A DNA stretch of 64,000 bases. Origin: Yuukianura sp. NJ FZ-2021. Lineage: Eukaryota. The notes under the pieces were generated by a model. It had not been told where the DNA came from. It did not search any database and saw nothing but the letters and a program-made list of their open reading frames with translations. Shown here piece after piece: positions 1 through 12,617 of this stretch (the stretch's first letter is position 1; each line of letters begins with the position of its first letter). The stretch lies in contig CM102285.1 of the NCBI GenBank assembly GCA_046563655.1, positions 9,796,001-9,860,000 on the forward strand, given 5' to 3'. The translations under genes were made by a program, and so were the position numbers.

Positions 1-2049
1 ACTGGAACTTGAAGATTGCTGTCGATGTCCTCCACCTTCTTAGCGAGTTCGACGAGTTTTGTTCCCAGTTTCGGAAATCGTTTTAGTATGTCCAGATTTG
101 AAGGCAGATTGAGACTTCCGTTGCGATTTTTGCTTTTGACATGTCGGTTCCAGTCTCGGTACCAGGTGAAAATGGCAAGAAGAAATTTTCCCCAGTCGTC
201 CTCAGTTTCCAAATTAAGTTTGTCCATCTTCTCGACCATTGTGTCCATCAGAGACAAGTATCTTTCGTTCAGATGTTCGGTCTTAGAAAATGTCCAGTTT
301 GGACTCCATACTGATAAAGCAGCCATCTTAATTCTGAACAAGACAGACGCAACCCAATCTGACGGTATATTGTTCTCAAGTTGGGCGAAGTAAATCCTTT
401 CCAATAGAGCCTGCGGAATTTGAATGTAGCGGTTCCTGCTGTCCACATCAACCATGTACAGCTTGAAGATTTCTACAAAGTAGCGCAAAGCATTCGTATC
501 CAACACCAAGTTTTCAGCATCGAAACAGTTGGATAGGTCGCAAATAAATTTGGCATGAGTGTCTGATCTTTCGTTTCGGTGGCGCCCCACATAGTATTTG
601 CAAACTTCATTCAACGCGACTCCATCATGGTTAATGTTACAAGTCTTGATAAGGTAGTTCAGAAGTTGCTGTCGCTTGAAGTCCTCGGCTTCCTTGTGAA
701 TAAGAGCTTTAATGGCTGGAATTGACTTTTCAATTGGTTTGAACATCAGCCATCGCCCTTTGTCTACGGAATCGTAAAATATGCTGGCATTTGCGGATGC
801 TGATGCTGCCAAATGATTCATCTTCAGATCAGTGTATTCATCTCTATCGGATGCCGAGGAAAACTCAAGCACGGATTCGACGATACAAGATGGATTTTCG
901 GAAAGAGAAGTTCCATATCGCAATTTGAAGGATTCCTTAAGAAGTTCAGCTTTATCGACAGTTTTGGGGAGACGACGAATCCAGGGAACGGCGTTATACT
1001 CACAACTTTGGAAATCTAAAGTTGTGGACGACAAAGATTCAACAATGAATTTCATGTAAGTTTCCTTCCCGACGAGTCCGAACAGTGTCCTGCTGTGTAG
1101 TATTCTCCAGTATATCTTGGCTTTGTCCAGGACTCTGTCATAGCATGTGTTCATCAGCATCTTAGTTTGGGACGAACTCAACAGCACGTTGGAATGAGGA
1201 CTTTTTTCAAACAATTCAGCAAATGCAATTGGATCGATCCTTATAATCTTTTGTATTTCGATAGCCCGTGCAGGTAGACTGTCTGGATTCTCCTTGATGT
1301 ACTGGATAGCCAACTTTGGATGCTTTCTGAACAGCCCTTTGAATTGTTGCCGAGTTAATCCAATATGCTTCTTTCTCTGAAGGACGTCAGCTACAAATGG
1401 GGCGCTGCATGCTGGAAGTAAGATGTTGACCACAGTAGGTTCAAGGCATTTTTCAAGCGCTTCATACAACTTGTCACATTTGGACTGATTTTCATGCTTG
1501 GTTGAAATGTGCCGAAGGATTTGATTCCGTATGGTGAATGGCATAACAGGCAGAAGAGTATTGACAAATGTGTCTGCATCGGTGAATGCAGTATCTTGCT
1601 TAAAGATACAGTGATACTTTGATAACCCATACTTGATCAGGCCTGGATCGTCTGCCTTTTTGACGAGGTCAAAGAGGTACTGAATATTCAATGCTTCCAA
1701 TTCACAATCCAGTAGAAGCCTCTTGTACACATACCCAGTTTCCAGTTGCAAGGCTGCTGTAACGAGGCGAAATGAATCCTTGTTCGACGCTGCGAGTTTC
1801 TTTAGTTGATTTCGAACTCTGTACTTCGCATTGAGTGAAATATTTGAGCTTCCAAGGTCTTCCAGTAGTTTTTTGATGGTAGCATTCCGGTCGTCAGAAT
1901 CTGCAACATAAAAAAAATACGGATCAAAAGGGACGCTTATTACCTCATTACTATAAAATCACAAACGAACGAAGGAGGAAACAGATCCAAAATTACTAAC
2001 TGATTTATTAAAAGTACTCTAACTTACCACCCGAATTGGTATGTTCCAT
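1..2049 (-). CDS. Large uncharacterised helical protein, 5' part only (exon 1 2028-2049; exon 2 1-1900, continuing beyond the window)
   Basis: ATG at 2049 gives MEHTNSG, then a GTAAGT donor. The acceptor tttttatgttgcag is at 1901 and the phase-1 join is consistent. Exon 2 reads DSDDRNATIKKLLEDLGSS...LLPACSAPFVADVL...FRKHPKLAIQY and is still in the same open frame at position 1 (...LAKKVEDIDSNLQVP). It is probably absent from the ORF track because no stop lies in the window. Confidence 0.8.
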
Positions 2050-2866
2050 TTTGCAGTTTGAACCGTGTTGGTTGTCTACCTCGTAGTTCGATTAGCGTAG
2101 GTAATCAATACAACCTGTACAAGATTAGTTTACTGTCGCAAGAGAATTGACTCTCGATCGACCGCAATTTTTATGTTTCTACCTAAAATAAGTGAAACTT
2201 AGTTAGTTTCAACGTAAAGCCGAACCACGATTCAAAATCGGTTTTTACAAATTATGACTTACTTCAGAATTAGCACAGATCCCAACCAAACCAACGTTGT
2301 GCCCGAAGCGTGACCTTGATGCTTAAATGGTGGTCCTGGACCGGCACTGCTGGTGACCTCCAGGTAGGGTTGGTAGGGTTACAGTTGTTTTCTAATCGTA
2401 AGTCTCAGAAACTGCAAAGAGAAAGCATAAGAACTAACCATTGCAATAATTTCAAAAACGTCAAGTGCCTTTACTTACCTTGTAATTCGTTTATGATTGG
2501 GCTTTTTGTTACTAACCACTGGAGACTGAACCGACGATATTAATACTTGAATATGTACTAGGCAAGCGAGACCTGGATTGATCATTTATATATTCTCCAG
2601 AATTACTATCAGCGGATGGCGAAGTGACGATGACGAACAGAGGGACGGACACGGAGAGACGATGACAAGTCGTCATCGAACGACAACGAAACGGCACGAA
2701 TGCCCAGTGACAAACAGCTGATAACGCGATGAGATCAGATGAGCCGATGAGCGTAAGAAGCTAATTGTGAAAAATTGCCATTTTTCTGATAAAGGGTTAC
2801 AAATTTTAAAGTGAACGAGAACAAGTTATTTTAACTAAAGCTAATAAGTCATTAATTGTAATGTTA

Positions 2867-3588
2867 CCGTATTTTCTCGCCTATAAGCCGCTCTCGCGTA
2901 TAAGCCGCAGTCTCAAAACCGTATATGCATGTGAGAGCAGGAAAAACAGGGGTATTAAACAAAAAGATTTTTGCTCATCAGCGCTTTAAATTTTGTTTTT
3001 AAAATACAACCAAGGAGTTCCATAATTTCTACTCGTTTTTCAATTTAAAACTTTAATTTTAAATTACTTTTAATTTTCAATTTAAAATGTAATTTTTAAA
3101 TTTTAACAGTTTAAACCGAAGAACCTCGGCATTTTTCAAAAAACCGAAAACAGAAGAGAAGGTTCTCATTTAGGCAAAACTCCGGTTTAAGCTATAGGAA
3201 AAAGTCCATTTTACTTCATTTTATTTCATGCTATTGGTCAAGGTCGGCTTCTTTATGTGCCGGAAAGTTTCATTTAGTCTTAAATAAATTTAAATTCAAT
3301 TAAATGAATTAAATAAATTTGAAAAGACTTAAACAAAGTTAAATTCATCTTAAACCTTTCATCTTCTGCGTTCATTTAAGGTTTATTTATGTCGGGTGAT
3401 CTGCTCGACGAATCTAATGAGCGAGCAATAGATTAATGTTTAGTTTAGTCTTAGAAAGGGCCTCAAAACATAGTTTTATGCATTATTAACAATGGTTTTT
3501 GACGAATTTCGGGGGGAAAAATTTCTCCTCATTCCAAATTTTCTGAAAATTCACAGATAAGCCGCGGCTTATCTGCGAGAAAATACGG
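2867..3588. mobile_element. Non-autonomous Tc1/mariner-superfamily MITE (Tc2/pogo-like termini)
   Basis: 25-bp TIRs CCGTATTTTCTCGC(ct/ag)ATAAGCCGC with 2 mismatches; TA target-site duplication at 2865-2866 and 3589-3590; AT-rich interior with no transposase ORF. Confidence 0.85.
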
Positions 3589-3799
3589 TAATTTAGATCT
3601 TCATGTTCGAAGTCTTGATCTGAGAGAAAACTTTCAGATTGACAACAGGCACAGTGCAGCCGGGAAGTTTGCAAATTGCAACTTTCGGCCAAAATCCAGC
3701 CAGACAAAAACTCCGCAATTTAAAGTCCGGCCCACCTCTTCGTTTGTTTTAAATTCGGGGGGACATTTTTTGCATGCAGTTTACACCTTACTAAAAACT

Positions 3800-3866
3800 T
3801 TTATAACTTGCATTTGTTTATAACTTGTTTATAACTTGTTTATAACTTGTATTTGTTTATAACTTG
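3800..3866. repeat. Short tandem repeat, five copies of TTTATAACTTG with two spacers
   Basis: Read directly from the sequence, upstream of METTL26. Confidence 0.85.
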
Positions 3867-4095
3867 CTGTGTGCTGTGTCCACAATATTCTATTCAAGCT
3901 GTCGACTACTGGAAACAAAGGTCGCACTTATTCGGTTTATGCAAAACAAATTACTATTTATCTTAAGAATAATTTATGGGAGTATGAATTTTAATTGTAT
4001 ACAATAATCATTTAATTAATTTGACTCCACTTAATTTCATTTTGTAAAGTCCTTTATCTCCTTGACTGTCTTTAGTTGGATCATTGATTTTCAAG

Positions 4096-4710
4096 ATGCT
4101 GAAAGCTCCAGCAGCCGAACGGAATAAAGAACCCATCTTGGAAAAACTAAAACAAATTCTTCCAAATTCCGTCCACAAGGTCCTGGAAATTGCTTCTGGA
4201 ACTGGTCAGCACGTAGCTCATTTTGCCAAAGCTTTTCCGCACATCATTTGGCAACCAACGGAGTACGACCGTAGCAATCTCCCAAGTATCCAGGGATACA
4301 TCAATCATGACAGATTGAGCAACGTCAGGCCTCCGCTTGTCGTAGACGTTACGGAATCCGTTGATTTGTGGCCGTTGTCACGAGAAGATCGATCATGGGA
4401 CGCTATTTACTGTGCCAATATGATCCACATTTCTCCATGGAACTGCACGACTGGACTATTCAATGCTGCTTCTACATTGTTAAAACCCAGCGGTCTACTG
4501 ATCACTTACGGCCCTTACGCAGTGGACGGAGTTTTAACGCCCGAGAGTAACGTTAGTTTCAATAGAGGACTACAACAGCAAAATCCGGAGTGGGGTATCA
4601 GAGACGTACGAGATCTTACGCAGCTTGCTAAAAGTACTGGACTCGCCTTCCAGGAAAGTTTTGACATGCCGGCAAACAATAAGATTTTGGTGTTTAAAAA
4701 AACCGATTAG
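4096..4710 (+). CDS. METTL26: Methyltransferase-like 26 (DUF938/UPF0585 family), intronless CDS, 204 aa
   Basis: MLKAPAAERNKEPIL...VLEIASGTGQH (SAM-binding motif I), NMIHISPW, YGPY, SNxxF, PEWGIRD and MPANNKILVF are family hallmarks. The real ATG is at 4096; the ORF track starts at an upstream TTG. Confidence 0.95.
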   Translation: MLKAPAAERNKEPILEKLKQILPNSVHKVLEIASGTGQHVAHFAKAFPHIIWQPTEYDRSNLPSIQGYINHDRLSNVRPPLVVDVTESVDLWPLSREDRSWDAIYCANMIHISPWNCTTGLFNAASTLLKPSGLLITYGPYAVDGVLTPESNVSFNRGLQQQNPEWGIRDVRDLTQLAKSTGLAFQESFDMPANNKILVFKKTD

Positions 4711-7700
4711 GTCTAGGCCAACACTCATGAAACAATTTTTTTTTGAATCTCACCAATATCTCATACTGTTTCGCATAAGAAATGATGAACATTAAAATTC
4801 TTGAACGAATTTGGGAAACTTTCACCCAACTTTTTCTAAATAAGTTCTGGAATGTTTGAGATTTTCAGATTTTTTAAACTCGTTTTTAGAATGTTGGAAG
4901 TTTTCAAGGAGCAAAGCAATAGAATTTATGCTGAAAGGATAGAACGATATTTCTTTCTCAAAAATCTCGGACCGTACCGTGATGCTCGCCGAGTGAAGCC
5001 AACGATCCAGAAGAAACGGATTTACCTGTAATTTATTAGATTTTCTGTTTTTCTAACTCTCTCTTCGAAAGAAAGTTTAAACCCAGGCTACTACAGAGAA
5101 AGCTCGACGCTTCGTGCCTATTACCTTTTGCATTAAACTTTTTACCTCTTAACTTTTCTTTTACGTGTGCGTTTCTGTTAATAGATGTCTAAACTTTAAC
5201 TGTTGTAGAAAGAAATATTATATTGAATTTCTTGAAAGTGATAGCAGGGAAAGCATTTTTCCTCTTGCTAAAAAGTTAAAATTCAACTTTTACGAGACTG
5301 TTTCATAACACTTGAGCATTGAGACAATTCTATATTTCCATTCTGAGGTGAGCAGGGGAATCCCATTCTTTTATTCGTATATTTCAATTTTAAAACTTTT
5401 TTAAAAAAGTGAAAGCAATTTCCAAGTTGCAGTTACATTACAAACTCAATTGGTTTTGAATCAGACTTGCAAATTGGCAAACTTTCTACTTCATGTGCAG
5501 GGACTTTTTCCAATTCTTTATGTTTCATTCACTTTTTCTAACTTTCCAGCAAACTCTCATCATAACATTATCTTGAAACTGTATTTTTCAAATTCTGTTT
5601 TGTGTTTTGGTTTAAATTACTTAAAAGATACGGCAATTTTTCACACGCAAAAAAAATGGAGAGTTGACATCATACCAAACTGTTTAAAGTTTGTTTTTAA
5701 CTTCACTTTCACTCAGATTTCCTCCACCGGAGTGAAAAATTACCCGGTTTCCGTTTTTTTGAACCTTGATTGATTCGTTACGGAAGCCAGAGGTTGTTTA
5801 GATTTAGAATGATGATTAATAGCACTTTCGTTCCAAGCAACTTTTTCAAAAGCTTTCACGGGTTGTTCGAGGCTTTTTATGTTGATTTTCAAACCAGGTC
5901 AAAATCTAAACCGAAATCTTTTGATAAATGTTTGGCACCACATTCGCCATTTTCTGCGCATTTGACAAAGAAGCAGCAGGGAGTAAATTTTTGCAATGAA
6001 AGTAACGAAAATAAATTTAGCTCATAAATCAATCAATTCTGCATTTCATAAATTGAATTCAGCAAGGCGGTTGTTCAATTCTTTTTATTGGAATTCATTT
6101 CTTTGTACTAATAAAAACTGCTGACAAGGATTTTTCCATGTTCGGAATTAGATTGGCCAATGCTCCCAGCTTTTCAAAGAGAAAAAGTTAGTTCAGAACA
6201 GATTGAAAACGCAGTGCCAAACCGCCTCCACCGCCTCTTTGGATTTTGCCAAAGATTAACTTTGAGTTCTGAGTGTTTTTGGATTTGAAATGACTTTGCC
6301 AAAAGATGTTTTGAGGACAAAGTCAACTGTCGAATGAAAAGACTTTGCCAAAGGGCTGTAGAGTTCAAGGGAATTTTTTTCTCAAAAATTCGAGTTAATC
6401 CAATGTTTTGATCCAAGAAAAAATTGAAAGTGAGCCAATAAGCAAAAAAATAAGATCTAGAAAACAGATCTAAAAAACAATCCTCGTATTTCACAGGGAA
6501 ATCTCGTTTTTCAATATGTCAACCTATCTGTAAACATGACATCATTTCCCGTTAAGATCTCCAACTTAGATACTGAGGCCTCTACTGAATATTATTTCCC
6601 GTTGTCTCATAATTCAATTTTGATGGCGATCAAATAGAAATAAATAACACCGAATTCTTCCTTGCCGCTGCTATTTTTTGACTTATTTATAAACTCTCGG
6701 TGGACTGAACGCATCCTAATTCCTAAATCGAAATGCACAAAACATCCTCTGCGTTCAATAATTTACCCATCGCTGACGGCAGCGTATAAAGCTAAAAACA
6801 TGTTCTGAGGCCTAGGATGCCAAAAATTGAGTTGGAAAGTATGGCATTATGCATCATCTTTGAAAATTATGTACTGCACCATTTTTCATGACCTTTGACC
6901 TTCTAAAGGCCAAGGACAATGCCAGCTTCTTTCAAAACAAAGTGAAAATTCTTTCGAAATTTTATTAAAACTCACACAACGACTAATGGCTTTCTCCTTG
7001 TTAATTGCAATTTGTCTATTTGTAATTCAGCATAACATGCTAAAAACTGGGATGAATAGAAATGGGAGGGATAGTGCTAGTAATTATGTCAAAGTCCATG
7101 CTTGGGTTACTTTTAGAACTCTTTTGTTTCAATTTTTATAAACTTTATTCATATAATATATTATGTTATTATTCATTTCCTTAACGTTAACCTAGAGACG
7201 TTATTTGTGTTCGTCCTATGCTTTCACTTCCAGGTTTTGACAGAAAGCGATGATTGATGGGGCGATTTCTCCACCATCGAACTGCACGCCCGAATAGTTT
7301 TGCTATTGTTCGGTCGTATGTTTTTGAAGTTCAAAAGAAAGAGTGGAACGGCCAAAATTTGGCCATGGAAAGGTGTTTGCAATTTGCAAAAAGCTCATAT
7401 TTCATTGGTATCCTGTGGATCTCTGGAAGAGGATTTTTGACACAAAGTTGACCTTGTGCCGAAAACAACATGAGAAGAGGCGCACTGTTTGGCAGTTGGG
7501 CCGTGTCGCTTGCCAAAGGAAAGTCTTGGTTGTTCATTTTCGGTTCTGAATTTGACTTACGAGGCCAAAAACCGGGATCCTTCTGCTTATTCCCTTAGTT
7601 TTGCTACCACAGCGGAGCAAGCTCCCATTCTATTGATTTTCAGTCCATGTGCATGTGCAATTTCCCTTGGCCTGTGGTGGAGAATAAGAACGGAACTCAC

Positions 7701-10700
7701 CAAAGCTAAACTTACTTTCTACTCAGGGATCCTGGAAAGATGCATTCGGAATCTGGTCCTACTCCCAGTGAGGCTTCCAAAGAGACCCGGGTCCGGGTTC
7801 AGGGTCACAAGGAAGCAGGAACAGTTGGATTTAGTAGTGAGTGAGTGTGTGAGAGCCCTTTAAGGGGTCCCCCATTGACACAAGTTTGTCGTCTATATGA
7901 ATCGAGGCAACGGGACGCTCATCAATTTGATTGGGTAATTTGTCATTTTATGTCTTTCTCTTTTGATCTGTTGGAGCAGTTTAGTTTAAACTGGAAATAT
8001 TCTCTGAACAAAAAACGAAATGAGTTTCGTATTTCTAAAAAAAATGTATTTCGGCAATGCTGGAGAATTTTTTTTGTAATTTTCATTTGACGAATGTTTT
8101 GATTAACTTAACGCCGTCCAAAAGAAATCTCCGAGAGGAGTTAATTAAAATTTCCAAAATTTCAGCTCAAAGTTCACCCGCTTTGATCAATAATTGATTA
8201 ATAATAAAATTTGATCAATAATAAAATTATTTAATTATTCAATAATTTTATGTTTTACAAAATTAATTAGTACAACTGTTAGTGGAATTGAAATTATTGT
8301 TTCTTTCTTTTTTTTTTTGTATTTTTTTTCTTTACAATTTTGCAGAATAATGTGCAAATCTTTTTCCTCTACTTACTATTCCTTAATGAATTTTAAATTA
8401 ACTTTTTTGAAGACATTGGCGAATTTCGAATTACAAATTATCGGGACTAAGGTTAATAATTATGACAGGTTTCACTTCGACTTTTAGCAGCAGTCCGCAT
8501 TTGTTCAAACAAAAAATGACATTTAAAACGTTAGGTTAACAAATAATAGTGGCAACACAAGTTCAGTTTTTTGAGAGAGATACATGATCTGTAGGTATTG
8601 CGTTTTGGAATTTTTGGAATAAATTGCAATGTTTGGCCACACGCTATGGGAATAACCAAGGAAGGGAACATGAATTGGACAGTATTACCAAGCGTCTTAT
8701 GTCAATAATCAACTTAAAGTCCAAGGTTTCGTTATTCAGAAAAAAAAAATTATGTTTCACTTCAACTTTTTTCGTACAAGCCGAGTCTGGTCATTGACTT
8801 CCAGGGAACAGTGAAGGTTTCAATTTAAGTCAGCATTCAGAGACTGACCAATTGGGAAAAGCAATTTTGCGGTTGCAGTTCCATGTCATTCCGAAAGGAA
8901 TTCAATTCTGCTTGGTCTGATTAAGGTGAAAGGTCAGTTAGCTAATTTCGGGAGATTGGATCAGGTTATTTGTTTTATGGATTTCAAAGTTGGAATTTTG
9001 TGAACAAACTGTTGCCCTTGCGTCGTCGTTATGAAATATTTTTTGGAATTCCGTACGGGCCAATGAATTTTAGTTTAAGACGCTTTGACGAATGGATTTT
9101 TTGCACCCCATCCTCACTTTTCACTTTATCCGGAACATTTTTGCGGGAATTGATTTTCTTATGAAAAGAACGAAAAAGAAAGCGTGGGCACGAGATCCGC
9201 TTTCAGTAAGAAAAGAAAAGAAAGTACTAAATCGATAAGAGACTGCTTTCTCTGCTGCTTCGTGGGAAGTTCTCATTTGTTATCCCATGTTGACTGCCTC
9301 TTCAACCCAGATCACTTTCTTCACACTTCTCGCCAATATTCTTCACGCTCTAGGAGCAATAGATCTCCAAGGTGTGAAAAGAATTTAAGTGCTGGTTTAT
9401 CTAAGGTATGGAGGCTTTAAAACCTAACCATCGCGTTTCCAGCTACTGCTCTTGGATATGACAGTGTAAGCTGACACGACGTGTCGTGTCAAAAACCTGT
9501 TTTTGTCTACTTTTTGTATAAAAACGGAAGTCTTTAACTTAAAAATAAACATTCAAAACATGCAACTTTTGCATGTTTGCAAAATTCAATTTTGAAAACT
9601 AAAGATCCTACCAATTCTACCAATTTTAGATATGCCTCGACTCTAAAAATTTGTAAGAAGATTGTGTAGGTCAAAAAATCCAAAATTTTGAAAAGTACAG
9701 TTTCAAAATTTTCAAAATTGATTGTTACAAATGACGTGTTTCCGTTTTTCGCTGGTAGTTAAAGTGTGGTTAGTATGAAAAATCCTCCCTAATTATACAG
9801 TAACAACTCCCTAAAAGTTGTATCGGTTTAGAAGATTGGGCAAACCAGAGTCCTCAAGATTCTATTTTGAGAAACTGCAAGAAAAAAAAGACAGTAAAGT
9901 TTACTGACACTGAAAGAGGGTTGGAAAGAGTTTCGGTTTTGAACGTGTCTGGAAATGAGTCTTGAAAAGAGGCTATGAAGCTAAATGTGAATTTCCTTGG
10001 ACAAGGAGGTCCTTAGTGAGTGAATAATGGTTTCAAAGGAAAGTTGGAAACAGAAATTGGAGTTCCTGGATGTTGCAGAAAAGCCCCGGGAAAGTTAGAG
10101 CAGAACAATAGAATCTAGCCTTCCACTTCCCCTCTGTCTCCGTCTCCATTGTCTCCCTCCATTGATTAACAAGGGAACAAACTTTGGCCCTCAACTTTCA
10201 CTCTCGGAATTCAATGGAAAAACGGGTGCGGTGGGGAAAGTTACCATAAGTATGGCCGCAGCGCACGTTGAAATTGATGTAGCGTTAAACCGCTAGTGCT
10301 CCGCCTGCTCCATATTTCAGCAACGGTGAATTCTAGCTCCGCCCATTTCAACTCTTTCAGGACATATGTCAAGAAAACGCATGTTGAGATACTTTGAAAC
10401 TTACTAAAAACCTGAAACAAATTGTTCTTGACAGACATTACTTTTAAAACGAAAGAATTTTGGTGACTGGCTGGAGCTGGTCTAATGGATACTAAAAATT
10501 TCTAGAATTGAAATAGAATCTTTAAAAATTCTCAAAAGTTGTCATAAAATTGAGTTCCAAGAAGTGCTAAAAAAAAGTTTATGCAGAAACCGCTGCAAAA
10601 TTTACTCACTTGAAATGTGAGAATCGGCAAATTTTCAAAAACCTTTTCTGTTTTCTGAAAAATACTAGATGAAATGCCAAAAATTTTTGAAATGGTTAAT

Positions 10701-12617
10701 TTTCCGAAACCCCAAAACTGACAATCTACAAGTCTGTCGCATTTGCAACTATATTTGAAAGATTTTGAAGCCTTGGACGTACGTGGTCATGCATCTTACT
10801 TAAGCGAAAAGACATCTTCAAACCGAAATGCCTACTCACTGAACAAATAGGCTTAGGAGTTAATCCGTTTTATTAAAATTCAGTAACACGCACATGTCCT
10901 CGTGCTTATTAGACCGTTCCTAGACTTTCTAAAGGCTTTCTATGCAGAATTGGCGTCAAAAGCACTATACAAAAAATGATAAATGATTATTGGCCATATA
11001 TCCTGCACCACCAGGGTTAATGGTGTCAGACATTAGAGTTCGTAGCTAACGCCTTTCCTAGAAAATGCATTGAGCCATTCTTTATGGAAATTTGATACAA
11101 AGTAAGATCTTCTTTCATTGTACTACTCTGCGGTTATAACGATCCAGTGTAGATTCTGATTCTGAGATGACTCACCGAAGAGCTTACAAAGTACTTATTA
11201 CTCCCCAATTGACCAAAGGAATCATTTCGATTTCAGTTCTTCAGTTCTAGTTCTCCTGGATCGTGTTTTCCCGCCATTTCTGGATCCGCTGCACAACGAA
11301 ATTGGATTTCATAATTGCTTTTGGTCGAAAAAGCCGGAATTAGTTCTCTGCTACGCTTGTGCACAATCTCAGAAACATACTAAATCTTTAATTCGAAGCC
11401 AAAGTGAACCCCCTCCTCCTAAATTTGCAATTTCTCAAAGTGTCCTTGAGGGACCGCCCTAACCTAACATAGATTAAATTAGGCTGGAATTCATTCCTAA
11501 GGAAATGCCAGTAAGGTAAAGGCTTGGCCTAAGCGTTCTTTTGAAAAGTGTTGTTACTAAAGCATAAGAAGAAAGTGCTTTCTCTGCAAAGACCGATGAA
11601 TCCTAATTGGAATCCATTTGAACACCTCCGAGAACAAAAGACATTCAAAATACACTTTAGCCTATACTTAGGTTAGTACTCTAGTCGATAGTACTTTTGG
11701 GACTAAAGATCTTGGGAACGGAGCCATTTGTTGTTTATAGGAGTAGCCTAGACCTAGACTTTTTCAGAGAAATCAGCAGAATAGTGAGCCAACAGAGATT
11801 CTGGTGAAAGTGGTTCATGTTTACCCTCCGCTGCCCGGATTTCTTGTTTCTACAGCGGCGCAGTTCTCATTAAACTGTAGAACAAGGAACAACACAGTGA
11901 AAACAGGCTTTAGACATTATTTATATTTCATCGGGTCCTTTTGATTCATTCAACTATAACGCAAGGGAGAAGTAAAGGTAACGCTAAGGAGCAAAAGCTT
12001 TTATTCTGACGCAGTTCCACAACTTTCCTCTCTAGGGAAATGCATTAAGAAAATTACAGAAAGTAGACTGAAGAAATCAAGCTTTGCTTGGAGAAAGTAG
12101 CTCAGCAGGTAAAAAGAAGTTTTCAGATTATTAGTTTTGTAACAACGGCGTCTAAAATGGCCTGAAGAAAGTGAAAGTTATCGATCCCGAAAAAGTAGTT
12201 TTTAATTGAAGTGCAATTTCTCTAGGTTATAATTTGAGACGTATTTACAGTAATTATAACTGAGGAACTTTCTCTTTTCAGATGCAGCAAAAAGCACTTT
12301 GATGAATGCAAGAGAGAAAAAAGTGGCCTAACTGGAAAAACTGAAATTAGTGAAAGTCCCTGTCGTGAAAACACGGAAATTGAGTACAATGGAAACTTTT
12401 ACAACCTAAAAAATTTCTTTCATTTTGTGACAAAAATTATTTGATAAAAAGAGTGAACAAGTTTCTCCAGTGAAAGTTATTTTTTCTTCTTCTTTCTCCT
12501 AAGGAAGCATCCTGGAGTTTGTCACGACATTTCCCAATTATCTCCCTACAGGATACCTTAGAAATAGTCAAATTGGTTTAGCCGTAGCCCGGTTACTAGT
12601 CTCTCTGTTGGCCCGGA

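Noticed and set aside
16..1630. Short ORFs at 16-393, 269-451, 813-1059 and 1391-1630
   Set aside because: Antisense or off-frame shadows of the long minus-strand exon 1-1900.
9472..9491. Perfect short inverted repeat TGACACGAC-gt-GTCGTGTCA (Helitron 3' hairpin?)
   Set aside because: No CTRR terminus at the expected distance and no other element features.
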